This document shows positions 1 through 11,618 of a stretch of DNA of 64,000 nt, in pieces. A program made the translations under genes and the position numbers. Under the pieces are notes generated by a model. It made no database searches and was not told the DNA's origin. It saw nothing but the letters and a program-made list of their open reading frames with translations. The DNA comes from an uncultured Chthonomonadaceae bacterium. GTDB taxonomy: Bacteria; Armatimonadota; Chthonomonadetes; Chthonomonadales; Chthonomonadaceae. The DNA is taken from contig CAWFQB010000004.1 of NCBI GenBank assembly GCA_963817895.1, forward strand, positions 704,001 through 768,000, read 5' to 3'. How positions within the stretch are numbered: the first letter of the stretch is position 1; every line of letters starts with the position of its first letter.

Positions 1-2650
1 TGGCCGAGCTTTTCTGGGAAGACAGCGACAAGCCGCTGCAAAGCCTGCGAATGGCGCTTACGTCGCTGCGTCGGCAGCTTGAATTGCCGGGTGTCGGACA
101 GGGGCAGGTGCTGGCGACGGATCGCGGTTATGTCCGGCTGGCGTCAGGCGCGGTAACGACAGATCTGGACGTTTTTTATGCGGCGGTGGCGGAAGCGGAG
201 CGTACCGACGCGATGGGGCTGAAAGGCGGAACGGCTTCAGGCTGGAGTAGAGGCTATTGGCGGGGAACTGCTGCCGGGTTGCTATGTGGACTGGGTTCTG
301 CAGGCGCGTGAAGCTGTCGCGGAGCAAGTGCAGACGGCGCTCAAGGAGCTGATTGCGCTGTTGAGGACTCTGGGTGAGGAGGAGCAAGCGCTGGTCTATG
401 CGCGGCGGTGGATACATCAGGCCTCTCTGAACGAGGAGGCGCATGTCACCGTTATGCAATTGCTTCTCCGGTTGAAGCGTCCAGCCGATGTGTCGCAGCA
501 TTTCGAGCGCCTGACCGCGCTGTTGGAGGAGCAACTTGGCGCTGCGCCCTGTTCGCAAGCGCAGGAGTTGGCTGCTGTGGCGAAGTCTGAACTGAAGCCG
601 ACGGTTCCTCCTGTAAGGTCAAGAGGGGTCAGCGAGTCGCCGCGCCCTGCGCCGAAGGAGGAACGTGTTCCCGCGCCGCTCGTGGTTTCGTCCAGCGTTG
701 CCGGGGGCGCTGGCCCCGTCGTTCGCCTGCCGCTGCCGCTTACTCCCTTCTTTGGCCGGGAAGAGGAGTTGCGGCGATTATACGCGATGCTGAAGCCAGC
801 CACAGGGGGCGCTACATACGGGTTAGATGTTAGCCCCTTGCTTCCGGTCTGGAAATCACGAAATCATAACACTGCTCGGAACCGGGGGGGCGGGAAAGAC
901 GCGCCTTGCTATAGAAGCGGCGCCGACGCCTGCGCTGCTGCGGGAAACCGCTCTGTTTACTTTGTCGGGCTGACAGACGCGGAAACGCCGGAACGGATGC
1001 TTCAGTTGGTTGCGGAAGCGGTCTGCCCGAACGCCCCCATCGAGAGCTTGTCTCTGGATGTTATTACGTCGGCGTTGAGGGCCGTGCCTACTTTGTTGGT
1101 TCTGGATAATATGGAGCAGTTGGGTGAAGCGGGAGCGGAAGTGGCGCATACGCTGCTGGAAGAGCTGCCACATTTGACATTGCTGGTTACGAGCCGGTCA
1201 AGGCTTCATCTGGACGGTGAGCGCGAACTGGCCCTGCTGCCCCTACAGACCCCGGAGAACGCTGATACGCCAGCGTGTCTTTTGGAGTTTGCGAGTGTGC
1301 AATTGTTCGTTGACCGGGCGCAGGCGGCCTGTGCAGACTTTCAATTGACGGCGCGAAATGCGGCGAGTGTCGCGGCCCTGTGCCGTCGGCTGGAAGGATT
1401 GCCGCTGGCGTTGGAATTAGCCGCGAGTTGGGCGCAGACGCTCTCCCCTGCACAGATGCTGGCGCGTCTGAAATCGGCGTTTTGAACTGCTGCGCGCGCG
1501 GCGAAAAGGGATGGCTGTCCGGCATCATGCGCTGGAGACCTGCATCGAGTGGAGTTTTCGGCTGCTGCGCGCGGATGTAAAGCCCTTTTTTTGCCGTTTA
1601 TGTCTGCTGCGCGGCGAGTGGACGCTGGAGATGGCAGAGATACTGACACAGGATAGCCATGCGTTAGACAAATTGCAGCAGTTGAGGGAAACCTCTTTTT
1701 TGTCCGCTCGTGAGGACTCCGACCCGGCTGGGACGATCTGGTATTTCCGTATACTCGAGTCGCTGCGCGAATTCGGAATGGAGCGACTATCTCCCGAAGA
1801 GATTGATATGTGGCAGGCGTGTCTGGCGCATGCCCTTATCGAACTCCCGCACCCGAACCCCCTCTCAGGAATTGACGCAGAAAACTTACGCGTACTTGTG
1901 CAATGGTGTCGAACTTCAGCGGCGGAGGCAAGTTTGGAATTGAAACTGCTCAATGCCCTCAGGTATCTCTGGCTGTCTCGCGGGGGGTGGATCGAGGGGC
2001 GATACTGGCTGCAGGATGCGCTCCGAAGACATGCGGGGGAGGAGACGCGCGCGTATCGCGCCGCGTGGAATATGCTGGGCAGTCTGCACTGGCTGCTGCG
2101 CGAAACGGCGGAGGCGAAACGTTGCTTCAATGAGGCCTTAGCCGTTTCGGAGCAGGCGGGAGATGATGCGCTGGCAGCTCGCGCCCTGAACAATCTGGCG
2201 ATGACGGCGACCCAGGAGGGCGATCTGGCGCTGGCGTGCGCGTTGGGAGAGCAGTCCCTGCGCTTTGCGCAAAGACTGGAAGACGAGCGGCTTGTCGCGG
2301 CGCTGTTGAACAATGTGGGCAGCGCGTACCTGTCTCTCGGACAGTACGAGACGGCGCGCAGTTATCTGGAACAGAGTTTGCATAAAAATCGGGAACAGGG
2401 TGTGCCAGGCATGGTGGCGATGTCTCTGGTGAATCTTGGCGAGATTGCACACCATCTGGGAGACAGGGCCACCGCGCGGCTGAGGTACGAGGAGGGGTTG
2501 GAAATGCTACGCGCCGTTGAAGATCAGGTGAATGTTGTGGAAACCCTGCTGTCTCTGGCTCAGGTGCTGGAAGAGCAGGGAGAAGGCGCGCAGGCGCGTC
2601 TTCTGAGGGAGGAGAGCGCCGCGCTGAGACTTCGCATGGAGGGCAAATAG
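1..2650 (+). CDS. SARP/AfsR-like regulator (BTAD + NB-ARC-like ATPase + TPR), 5'-partial and frameshifted
   Basis: Joined from ORFs 51-311, 286-1485 and 1511-2650. BTAD-like segment (EEAHVTVMQL), 'LPLPLTPFFGREEEL', Walker A broken by an indel near 880-900, Walker B LLVLDNME, GLPLALEL motif, C-terminal TPR-like repeats (LNNLA/LNNVG/LVNLG). Confidence 0.85.
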
Positions 2651-2796
2651 AAGCAGGCTGTCTCAGCAGGATTTTGTGGGACGGAACTCAAGGAATGGAC
2701 AGGCTCGCCCCAACAGATAGTCGGGGTGAGCCTGTCGTTTGGCGCAGTGTGTCCTCTGAACCATATCTTAATTTCCAGAAAAGCCGCGCAGGGCGT

Positions 2797-2833
2797 TTGT
2801 TGTGACGTTGTTGTGACAGTAGGCCGCTATAAT
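2797..2833 (+). promoter_or_regulatory. Putative SARP-type promoter: TTGTTGTGAC direct repeat (11-bp period) plus TATAAT -10 box
   Basis: TTGTTGTGAC at 2797-2806 and 2808-2817; TATAAT at 2828-2833; lies between a BTAD regulator gene and a PEP-CTERM gene. Confidence 0.6.
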
Positions 2834-2969
2834 GGGCGTGTGAGTGGTTCTCCAGGGATGCGGGCGCGCGGAGAAACCGCCGGCAGTATGTTTCTCCGCG
2901 CGTTGCGCGCCTAATTGAAGCACCCCTCACATCAGAAGCAACATTCGTTTGGAAAGGAACCCACCACTC

Positions 2970-3680
2970 ATGTTCACGCGTATCTCTGTTTCTCGCGCCG
3001 CCCTGCGGAACCGGACCGGTCTTCTTCTCGCTGCCGCAGGCGCTCTCTGCGCCGCGCCGCAGGCCCATGCCCAGATATATATTGTCGGCGCCGAGCAGTT
3101 CGCTGCCGATTCGACCGGAGCGACAAGCTCCACTGTTTACCTGTCCAGCACGAACTCTGGAAGCCCTGTGACGGCGCTCAACATCACCATCAATGGTATA
3201 ACCCAAAACCAGGCCATCTCCTTTGCCTTATCTAATGGCAGCAACGCCATCTCCTTTGCCGCGGACAGTTTGCCTCCCTTCTCCAGCTATGGAGGGAGTT
3301 ACGGGGATATTGGCCTGTTCTTCTCCTCCACCAACACCTCGTATGATCCCTCTTCTTCGGGGCGGAATCCTGATCTGCTGATCGCCCGCGCCAGCGACGG
3401 CTCTGCGGCATTCTTCATTCCCACGGCGGGAACCCAGATCAACGGTTATGTCTACGGTGAACAGGGAACTTACAATGGAGCAACCAGCTTTACGGTGGGA
3501 ACCGTTCCCATTACCGTGACACAATATAGCGTTGCGGATAACACGGTCGGGACGCTCACGTTACAACTTGGGCCTGCTCCCGTTCCCGAACCCGGCAGCG
3601 TGGGTCTGCTCGTAGGCTTGGGAGTGAGTGGCGTTGGCTATCTTGGCCGCCGTCGCGCGCAGTCTCGTAAGACAGCCTAG
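2970..3680 (+). CDS. PEP-CTERM sorting domain protein
   Basis: Signal peptide ending AHA-Q; C-terminal VPEPGSVGLLVGLG, TM helix and RRR tail; AAGGA RBS before ATG 2970. Confidence 0.9.
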   Translation: MFTRISVSRAALRNRTGLLLAAAGALCAAPQAHAQIYIVGAEQFAADSTGATSSTVYLSSTNSGSPVTALNITINGITQNQAISFALSNGSNAISFAADSLPPFSSYGGSYGDIGLFFSSTNTSYDPSSSGRNPDLLIARASDGSAAFFIPTAGTQINGYVYGEQGTYNGATSFTVGTVPITVTQYSVADNTVGTLTLQLGPAPVPEPGSVGLLVGLGVSGVGYLGRRRAQSRKTA

Positions 3681-3708
3681 CCGTCAGCGAAAGTTCTGCG
3701 CGAACAAT

Positions 3709-3744
3709 AAATCCGCCAGTCTTAACTATGAGACTGGCGGATTT
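3709..3744. terminator. Intrinsic terminator hairpin between convergent genes
   Basis: Perfect 14-bp inverted repeat AAATCCGCCAGTCT/AGACTGGCGGATTT. Confidence 0.75.
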
Positions 3745-3819
3745 CAGGTCTGGAATTCAAGAAGTTTTTAACCATGCTCGCTTATAGCATTTTCGAGTAG
3801 GCGGCAACCTGGGTCACTG

Positions 3820-4116
3820 TTAATACTCCTCGCCGCCCTCTTCGTTCATGTCTTCAAACTCCGTCTCTTCTTCCTCTTCTTCCATCGGGCCACCCGCGGT
3901 TCCCAGATCTTTGAGTTCGTCAAGATCGGCTCCGGCTGACAGACTGCGGCGTTCCGGCTCCGAATCCAGCAGGCCCATCGGGGTGGGGTGCTTTTGCCGC
4001 GCCTCGTCGCTGACAAACCGAACGTGAATTCCGGCCATCCACAACGGGATTTTTGGCATGGGCTTGCCCGTTTCCGAACACACCACTTCCATTACCGCTT
4101 CATCCGCTTTTCTCAT
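3820..4116 (-). CDS. Hypothetical protein with acidic C-terminus
   Basis: 98-aa ORF, GGAG RBS upstream, Glu-rich tail. Confidence 0.65.
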   Translation of the reverse strand: MRKADEAVMEVVCSETGKPMPKIPLWMAGIHVRFVSDEARQKHPTPMGLLDSEPERRSLSAGADLDELKDLGTAGGPMEEEEEETEFEDMNEEGGEEY

Positions 4117-4181
4117 AATATTTTCACTCCATTTTCCAAACAGTCGTTTCGTTGCGGGTTTGTTCGCAAACCATGCGTCTG

Positions 4182-4463
4182 TTAATGCGCGGCCTGTCCG
4201 CTTGCCTCTTCCACGTTTGCGCTCTCCGAAGTGGGCGCAGGCGTTTTACGCGCAGGCTCGGCGGGCGGAGGCGGGGCGATGCGAATGGACACGATGCCAT
4301 TGATAAGCATCAACACGCCCGCGCCGAGATAGACCAGCGACAGGTGATCTTGAGCCGATTGACCGGGTTCCATCAGGAAGTGGTCGTGTGTGGCAAATCC
4401 GGCAAGGCTGACGCCGATAAGGATCAGCCCGATGATAACAAACATGTTCAGGTAGCGCAACAT
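4182..4463 (-). CDS. Small two-TM membrane protein
   Basis: GAGGAG RBS before ATG 4463; two hydrophobic helices and a Pro/Ala tail. Confidence 0.65.
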   Translation of the reverse strand: MLRYLNMFVIIGLILIGVSLAGFATHDHFLMEPGQSAQDHLSLVYLGAGVLMLINGIVSIRIAPPPPAEPARKTPAPTSESANVEEASGQAAH

Positions 4464-4542
4464 AACCGCTCCTCGCCCACAGGCGCAAATAAGTTCCACC
4501 GTTCCTTTATTTCAAACGATGGTTTGAGTTATTATACCCCAA

Positions 4543-4626
4543 GTTAGGTTGTTAGGGTGTCAGGTTGTTAGTTGTTAGGAGGGCAATCAAAACTCTTTTC
4601 CTGACAACCTAACAACTAACAACCTG
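4543..4626. repeat. Short-tandem-repeat palindrome (GTTGTTA / TAACAAC arms)
   Basis: ggttgttagttgttagg ... cctaacaactaacaacc immediately downstream of the MurF-Alr gene. Confidence 0.7.
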
Positions 4627-4631
4627 TTTTC

Positions 4632-7162
4632 TCATCTTCCAACAAAAATACGCTGTACGCGGGGTCCGAGTCGCGCCAGCAGTTCGTAGACAATGGTTTG
4701 CGCGTGTTCAGCGGCTTCTTCCGGGCGCAGCGTATGGCCCGAGTAGCTGCCGTAAATCAGGGCATCCATGCCGACTTCGGCTTCAGGGATGTGGGTGACA
4801 TCTACGGTCATAGAGTCCATGGAAACCCGTCCGCACAGGGGCGCGTTGTGGCCGTTGATGAGAACGTGACCCCGGTTCGACGCGCTGACCGGGATGCCGT
4901 CATGGTAGCCGATGGGCAGAACCGCTTTGCGAAATCCATCCTGCGGCACGATAAATGTGCCGTTGTAGCCGATGCGGTCGCCCTGTTGGTGGGTTTGAAT
5001 GTTGACGATGCGGCTGACCAGCGCGATAGCGGGAACCAGTTCCAGCGCGCGTTGAACGGTCGGAGAGGGGGCAAGGCCGTATAACCCAAGCCCGATGCGT
5101 ACCATGTCGTAACGCGCTTCGGGAAAGCGGATTGCCCCTGATGTCGCCGCCGCGTGAAGCAGAACAGAGCCATCGCGGGCTACATCGGCTTCTGTAAGCG
5201 CCTGATCAAAACGCGCTATCTGATTGTAAGTAAAATCGTCGGCATCGGGATTATCGGCAACCGCGAAATGGGTCATTATGCCCTCCACGCGGACACGCCC
5301 CGACAGGCGCAACCGGCGCAGCAGTTCGGGCAGATTCTCCGGCGGGATTCCCACGCGCCCCAATCCGGTATCCAGTTCGATATGGGCCGCGCATTGGCGA
5401 TTTTCGCGCTGTAAGACGGTTTCAAGAACTCCGCGAACTCAATAGAATAGAGTACGGGCGTTAAATCATAATGCAGCAGTTTTTCTGCCTCTTCGGGTGC
5501 GCAAAGCATGACCAGAATCGGCAGGCGAACGCCGCATTTGCGCAGACTGCTGCCCTCGTCCACGCTGGAAACACCCAGATAATCCAAGCCCATGTCTTGA
5601 AGTTCCAGCCCTAAACGCGTAGCGTCGCTGCCATACGCGAGAGCTTTTACCATTGCCAGCAGGCGGACGCGCGACCCGACCAAGCGCCGGAAACGGGCGA
5701 CATTCTCTTCCATGCTTTGCACATTGACATAAAACCGATTGGGGGCCATCGCTTCCAGCAGGGTGAGCGCAAGTTGATCCATGGACGCGCCACCCGTCGC
5801 ATTGACGAGCAGGGCATCGCCGGGGCGCAGATGGGCAAGTAGAAACCGGCGTACCGCTTCCAAATCTTCAAAATGCCGGAAGGTTTGTTCCGGCGCGGCC
5901 TGCTGAAACGTTTCGCGGGTTGCGTCCGGTTGTTTGCCGCCCACGAGAAGCAGGAAATTGACGCCTGCCTGCGCCGCCAACTCGCCAACCTGTTTTGGCT
6001 CTATATCTCTTGTGCCGCTTGCCATGTTTTGCTGAAGCGTTTCCATGCCACCGAACACGAAAAAGCGCCTGCCGGACGCGCCCACATCGGCGAGTTCGCG
6101 CAATGCGGATTGCAGGGAAAGCGGTTCGGATGTATACGCATCGTTGATGACGGTTACGCCGTTCGGGGTTTTCCACGTCTGTCGACGGGTGAGGGTGGGC
6201 GCATAGTGGCACAGGGCGGATACGATTGCTACAGAGGAGATACGCAGCAGCCATGCGGCGCAAAGCGCGATGTGAATGTCGAAGATAATTTCCTGTGACT
6301 GCGTGGAAACGGGAATCGTTACTGATGTTTCGTCAGGAAAGCGGACACGCAGCCAGCTTCCCTCCGCTATGGACGTTTGTTCCAGAATTTGCGGCAGGGG
6401 AGAGGAGGGATCGCCGCAGCGGAACAGGGGGCAGCGCAGAGATTGGATCGCGTTTTCAAGCAGCGGTTCACCGGAAGGCATCAGAAGCCAGCCCGATTCG
6501 GAAATGCGCTGAAAAAGGCTTGTTTTTTCAGTGGCGATATTAGCGCGGCTGCCAAGCGTAGCAACGTGCGCCTCGCCGATATTGGTGACAATTCCAAAAT
6601 CGGGACGAATCATCTGTTCCAATGCGGCCATGTCCCCAATTTGAGAAATGCCGGCCTCCTGAATATGAAACGGCGCATCCGTTCGGGCGCGAATCAGCGA
6701 CAGGGCAACGCCAAGCCGACTGTTGAAGCTGCCGGGACTGGCGGAACAGGGATGAACGGAAGAGACAATCCGATACAGGGCGTCTTTGACAATGGTTTTG
6801 CCGTTGCTGCCCGTAACGGCAATCACCTGACCCTGAAATTGATTCCGACACCACGCGGCGAAACGGCAAAGCGCATCAAGAGGATCGTCAACAAGGATAA
6901 TGGGAGCAGTTTCAGAAGCAGTATAATGCAGATGGGTTAGAGAAGCGTTCCGGGACACGAGGGCGGCAGCCGCGCCATTGCGAAACGCATGGGGTACAAA
7001 CGCATGTCCGTCCTCATGTTCGCCCCGCAACGCGACAAACAGCGTTTCCGAACTTATCTGCCTCGAGTCAACGCTGATGTCGGCAATCCACGTATCTGCG
7101 TGTTGCGGTAGAACTTCACCCTCAACAAGCGCGGCAAATTCTCCCAGTGTCAGCCGCCGCAT
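4632..7162 (-). CDS. alr: Bifunctional MurF-like ligase / alanine racemase (frameshift near 5400)
   Basis: Mur ligase motifs (VDSR, DGHAF, AVTGSNGKT, INDAY), then Alr motifs (AMVKALAYG with the PLP Lys, IMTHFA, DMVRIGLGLYG, GRVSMD). Split across ORFs 5276-7162 and 4632-5363. Confidence 0.85.
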
Positions 7163-8309
7163 CTAATTTCCGCTCTCCTGAAAGTTCGGGCGGGGAACCA
7201 CGCCATGCCCGCTTGTTATCGCGCTCAAATCCAATCTTCCGCCGTGATAAATCATGCCGCCTGTCAGCGGGCTGTCGGTCATAAACAGGGGCGTATCCAG
7301 ATCAACGAAGGAAAACCCGCCTAACCCGGACAGCGAAGCAGGCGGATACCGTCATCGCTAAAATGGATTCGACCATGCCGCCGATCATCAATCCAATGTT
7401 ATGCGTTTTGCACAGCGCAGCAATTTCCAATGCCTCCGCAATGCCGCACTTCATCAGTTTGATGTTGACAACATTCGCGGCTTGCGTTTCGATGAGCTTT
7501 TGTACGCCTTCCACATCGGACGCGCTCTCATCGGCGGCGATGGGAACGCCACCCTCCCGCGTAATCCTGCTCATCCCCTCCCAATCGTCTTTTGCGACGG
7601 GCTGTTCCAGCAAAACGGGTTTGATGCCGCGCTGTTGAAGCATGGCAAGCAACTGCAAGGCTGATTGGGCGGTCAATCCCTGATTGCCGTCGAGGAGCAG
7701 GGGCGAATCGGGAGCCTGCGCGTGAACCGCCGCAATCCGCGCCACATCCGTAGCCACATCCTGCGTACCAATCTTGATCTTAATGGCGCGTATGCCCCGG
7801 CTAACGATGTTTCGCGCGGAAACGGCGGCATGAGTTACGGCGTCCTCATTGCTGATACCGGTTTGCGTGGTAATGGTCATGTCGGTTTCAAGAGGGGCGT
7901 TGGCGTTTCCGAAAACCGAAGTCAGGGGTATGTTGTCGTGGCGGGCAAGGGCGTCCAGCAGAGCGGTTTCCAACGCGCAGCGGGCAGAACCGTCACGCGG
8001 AAACACACGTTTCAAGTCGGCGGCAAGTGGCAGCCATCCACGCGCTTCCCTGCCAATCATCACGGGTTGCGCGGATTTAAGCGCATGGCGGGCGCTGGCC
8101 TGTGTTTCGCCATTGAACGGGGGCAGGGGAGCCGCTTCGCCATAGCCTTTTGTGCCGTCCGCCAGTTCAACTGTTACGAGCAGGTTGTTGGCAACCGCCT
8201 GCGCCCCGCCCGCAATGCCGAACGACTCCCACAGTGGTATATCCAGAGTTTGTACTGTGATATTGCGAATAACTGTGCTTTCCGGCAAAACAAAACTCCC
8301 CTGTGACAA
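7163..8309 (-). CDS. Dipeptide epimerase (L-Ala-D/L-Glu epimerase, enolase superfamily), frameshift near 7330
   Basis: GYGEAAP, KIKIG, LDGNQG, EQP, ADES, NIKLMKCG. The shifted frame continues as ...FVDLDTPLF... to a TAG at 7163-7165 abutting the murF-alr ATG. Confidence 0.85.
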
Positions 8310-8327
8310 AAATGCAAAAATGATTTA

Positions 8328-8429
8328 GAGCCTATCCCAATAGGCCGGGTACAAAGAACGTACCCGTCTGAGTGGCCTGCGGCCAAGCGTCCTTCGGACG
8401 CAAATGCAATCGCCTATGGGGAAAGGCTC
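8328..8429. mobile_element. 102-bp MITE, copy 1
   Basis: TIRs GAGCCTATCCCAA...GGCTC flanked by TTA direct repeats; near-identical copies at 11918 and 58458. Confidence 0.85.
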
Positions 8430-8562
8430 TTAGCCGCGAATGAACGCGAATAGACGAACTCAACTCCACACGCTGCAATAATCCTGTTCCATCCTGAAAA
8501 ATCTTGTCAATCCTGTCTATTCTGAATTGCATTCGCGTTTATTCGCGTTCATTCGCGGCTAA
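8430..8562. repeat. Palindromic repeat with 23-bp arms (ATTCGCGTT units)
   Basis: TTAGCCGCGAATGAACGCGAATA at 8430-8452 and its reverse complement at 8540-8562; a lone arm occurs at about 32303-32335. Confidence 0.8.
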
Positions 8563-9761
8563 CCTTTTTCCTGACGATCAAAGTAGCGCAGGACGATATT
8601 GGCGAACATGCGGATGCCGACGGGAACCGCCTCGTCGGCAAAATTGTAGGTGGGCGTGTGCAGGGGCGTCACGTCCATGCCGACGCCGAGCCGGAACATC
8701 GCGCCGGGAGCGTGTTCCAGATACACGGCGAAATCTTCCGCGCCCATAGAAGGCGATTCAAGGTTGACGACGTTTTCCGATCCCAATATTTCCGCGCCTG
8801 TTTCGGCAACCAGCGCGTTGATGCCAAAATCATTGATGGTGACGGGTGTGCCGAAGCGGTAGCCGAACGTGTACTCGGCCCGCATGGCCTGACAGATGCC
8901 CGCCGCAATGCGTTCGACATGCTCTTTCATCTGCGGGCGCAGTTCGCGGGACAGGCAGCGCACCGTTCCTTTGATCTCCGCCGTGCCCGGAATGATGTTG
9001 TAGGCCGTACCCGCATGAAACTGCGCGACGGTTACGACTACGGGCTCCAGCGGCGATACTTCGCGGCTCGAAAGCGTTTGCAGCGCGGTGACGATTTGCG
9101 CGCCGGTGACAATGGGGTCTATGCCGATGTGGGGCATGGCTGCATGCGCGCCCCTGCCCTGAATGGTGATGTCGAACGTATCCGCGGACGCCATCATCGG
9201 GCCGGGACGAACGCCGATTTGTCCCACCGCCATACCCGGCCAGCCGTGCAGCGCGACAATGGCGTCAACCCCGTCCATCACGCCCTCCGCGCACATCTCC
9301 GTCGCGCCGCCAACCGTCTCTTCCGCAGGCTGAAATATAAATTGAATCGTGCCGGGAAGTTTGTCGCGGAGTTGGACAAGGGCGGACGCCGCGCCGAGCA
9401 GGGTGGCGGTGTGTCCATCGTGTCCGCAGGCATGCATCACGCCGGGTTTGCAGGATTTATAGGGCAGGTCGGCCTGTTCCAGAATCGGCAGCGCGTCCAT
9501 ATCGGCGCGAAGGGCAATCATCGGGCCGTTTCCGTTTCCGTTCGCCGTGCCGCGCAACAATCCGACAACGCCGTACCCGCCCACATTGGTACGAACTTCG
9601 TCCAGTCCAATCGCGCGCAGCCGTTGCGCCACCAGTTCGGAAGTGGCCTGTTCCTGATGGCTGAGTTCGGGATTCTGGTGCAGATGGTGGCGCGTCGCGA
9701 TGGCTTCTGGCGTCACCTGCTTGATAAGTGTTTCAAACGTTTCCTGATCCACAACAGGCAT
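8559..9761 (-). CDS. M20D family amidohydrolase
   Basis: HQNPELS, RADMDALP, MHACGHDGH, FQPAEE, GAHAA, MGAEDF, LHTP motifs. Confidence 0.92.
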   Translation of the reverse strand: MPVVDQETFETLIKQVTPEAIATRHHLHQNPELSHQEQATSELVAQRLRAIGLDEVRTNVGGYGVVGLLRGTANGNGNGPMIALRADMDALPILEQADLPYKSCKPGVMHACGHDGHTATLLGAASALVQLRDKLPGTIQFIFQPAEETVGGATEMCAEGVMDGVDAIVALHGWPGMAVGQIGVRPGPMMASADTFDITIQGRGAHAAMPHIGIDPIVTGAQIVTALQTLSSREVSPLEPVVVTVAQFHAGTAYNIIPGTAEIKGTVRCLSRELRPQMKEHVERIAAGICQAMRAEYTFGYRFGTPVTINDFGINALVAETGAEILGSENVVNLESPSMGAEDFAVYLEHAPGAMFRLGVGMDVTPLHTPTYNFADEAVPVGIRMFANIVLRYFDRQEKG

Positions 9762-9811
9762 GAGGGTTCCTTTTTGTACTAGATATAATGTATGTGCGCC
9801 GGTATACCGTA

Positions 9812-9931
9812 AGGGTACGTTGTAGGGGTTCTGCTTGCTGAACCCTCCTCAATCGAGCCGCGCAGAGGGCGCAACGTAGAGGGCGCAGCAAGCAGTCCTT
9901 TTGGGCGCAGCAAGCAGCGCCCCTACCTGAT
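9812..9931. repeat. REP/REPIN-like element (GTAG family)
   Basis: GTAGGGGTTCTGCTTGCTGAACCC ... GGGCGCAGCAAGCAGCGCCCCTAC; homologous to 22732-22870. Confidence 0.75.
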
Positions 9932-9936
9932 AGTTC

Positions 9937-10795
9937 TTATAATCCATACACGCGGGTGGCGTTGTCGTGAAACAGTTTGCGCTTGTCGGCTTCGTTCCAA
10001 TGGATAACGATGGTTTGCAGGGCGACAACCCAATCGTGGAGGGACGCGCCGAGCGTGCAAACGGGCCAATCGCTGGCAAACACTACGCGGTCATGCCCGA
10101 ACGCCTGTACGCAAGTCTGAACAAATGGCGCGAGAATCTGAGCCGCGTTTTCTCCCGGCTTCAATTGCGCGATAATGCCGCTGATTTTGCACACGATATT
10201 CGGCTGCTGCGCCGACGCTTCAATGCCCCGCTTCCAGTGGGATTGTTCAGGCGAATCGGGCGCGGCGTGAATGTTGGGGTTGCCGCAGTGATCCAGAACA
10301 AAGCGCGTATCCGGGCATTGCCGCGCCAGCGCAACGCCGTCTTCCAGTTCGTCCGGCCTCAAGCACAGATCGAACAGCAGTTTTCGGCTGCCGAGCAAAT
10401 GCATAGCGCGGACGAACTCCGGTTTCAGGCAGGTTCCCCGCTCCTGTCCGCCGTGCAGCACCTGCCGAACGCCCTTGAAATGTTTGTCGCCGGAAAACCG
10501 TTCCACATACGCGGCAAATCCGGCATCCAGCGGGTTGCCGCCGATTACCGCGCCCGCAAGGGGAGTATCCTTCTGGCGGCACAAATCGAAAACAAGTTCG
10601 GCTTCCTTTACGCGCTGCGCTGGTTCCACATCCACTTCCATGTACACGGTTTGCGACAATGTCCAGTCCCGCCGCGTCGCGCTGATAATCCGCAAGGACG
10701 TGGCTTGTGGATAATTTGCCGCCTCCTTCCAGCCAGGGCAAATGCAGTTTGCTTAAATCCCAAAGGTGCTGATGCGTATCAATGATGGGAATCAT
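9937..10795 (-). CDS. Amidohydrolase_2 family protein (sugar-lactonase-like), frameshift near 10670
   Basis: IIDTHQHLW N-terminus (ORF 10247-10795) joined to GVRQVLH, VLDHCGNP, CKISG, FASDWPV (ORF 9937-10695). Confidence 0.85.
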
Positions 10796-10850
10796 AGTTG
10801 CCGAAATTCCTTTTTAAGTAGGATTGCGCGAATCTGTTACAACGACAATT

Positions 10851-11606
10851 TCACAGGCCAAAACCCGGATTCAGGCCGTCGCTCTTTTTGGAAACGGCAA
10901 GCGCTGTGGGCAGCAGCCACTTTACATGTCCATCCGCAAAGGCATAGCGCGCGCCGCCATAATGCCGGGTTCCGCCGGGAGGTTGCGAGAGAAAAAATGT
11001 GGCTAAATCCGGGTCTATTGGATGGCGGAAAAACTGTTTCAATCCCTCTGGCGTAAGCGCCGTATCAGGCGTCACTCCTTCTACCATGCCAGCGCGAGCG
11101 TCGTATAGCGTAACTGTCAGCGTGGGATTTGTGACAATTGCCTCCAGACGCCCCTCTTGTATATTGCGTTCTTTTGTGCCATGCCTGCGGCTCAGTCGCC
11201 CGTTGATGATATACCCACAAAAGGAGGAGTGTCGTTTATAATCTTCCTTAACGTCGCTCGTATCGCAAATTGGGCAGGCTGGAACCGTATTGGCATGCAA
11301 GTAGGGGAGCAGCAAATCGCCCCATATGCGGTTATGCTCCTCAACTTCGTGGTTGATAACAATGCCTTCTACGCCCATAGGATACGTGCCATCATTATCG
11401 CCTGTGTACATGGTTAGCGCCTGACTGAGCTGGCGCAGATTTTGTACGCAGGTCGCATCCTGCGCTTTTCCGCGCGAAGACGCGATTACCGGGAACAGTA
11501 TCGCGGCTAAAACCGCCACAATACCAAGCACCACAAGCAACTCCGTGAGTGTAAAGCCAGGCGGACGCGAAGGCGTAGCCATCAGGTTTGAGCGTGTTTG
11601 CGGCAT
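10851..11606 (-). CDS. Prepilin-type N-terminal cleavage / H-X9-DG-CTERM (DUF1559-like) protein
   Basis: [24 protein letters not shown] at the N-terminus; HYGGARYAFADGHVK at the C-terminus. Confidence 0.9.
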   Translation of the reverse strand: MPQTRSNLMATPSRPPGFTLTELLVVLGIVAVLAAILFPVIASSRGKAQDATCVQNLRQLSQALTMYTGDNDGTYPMGVEGIVINHEVEEHNRIWGDLLLPYLHANTVPACPICDTSDVKEDYKRHSSFCGYIINGRLSRRHGTKERNIQEGRLEAIVTNPTLTVTLYDARAGMVEGVTPDTALTPEGLKQFFRHPIDPDLATFFLSQPPGGTRHYGGARYAFADGHVKWLLPTALAVSKKSDGLNPGFGL

Positions 11607-11618
11607 GTGAATGACCTG

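Noticed and set aside
8328..8429. Riboswitch or ncRNA
   Set aside because: Terminal inverted repeats, TTA duplications and variable orientation relative to genes favour a MITE.
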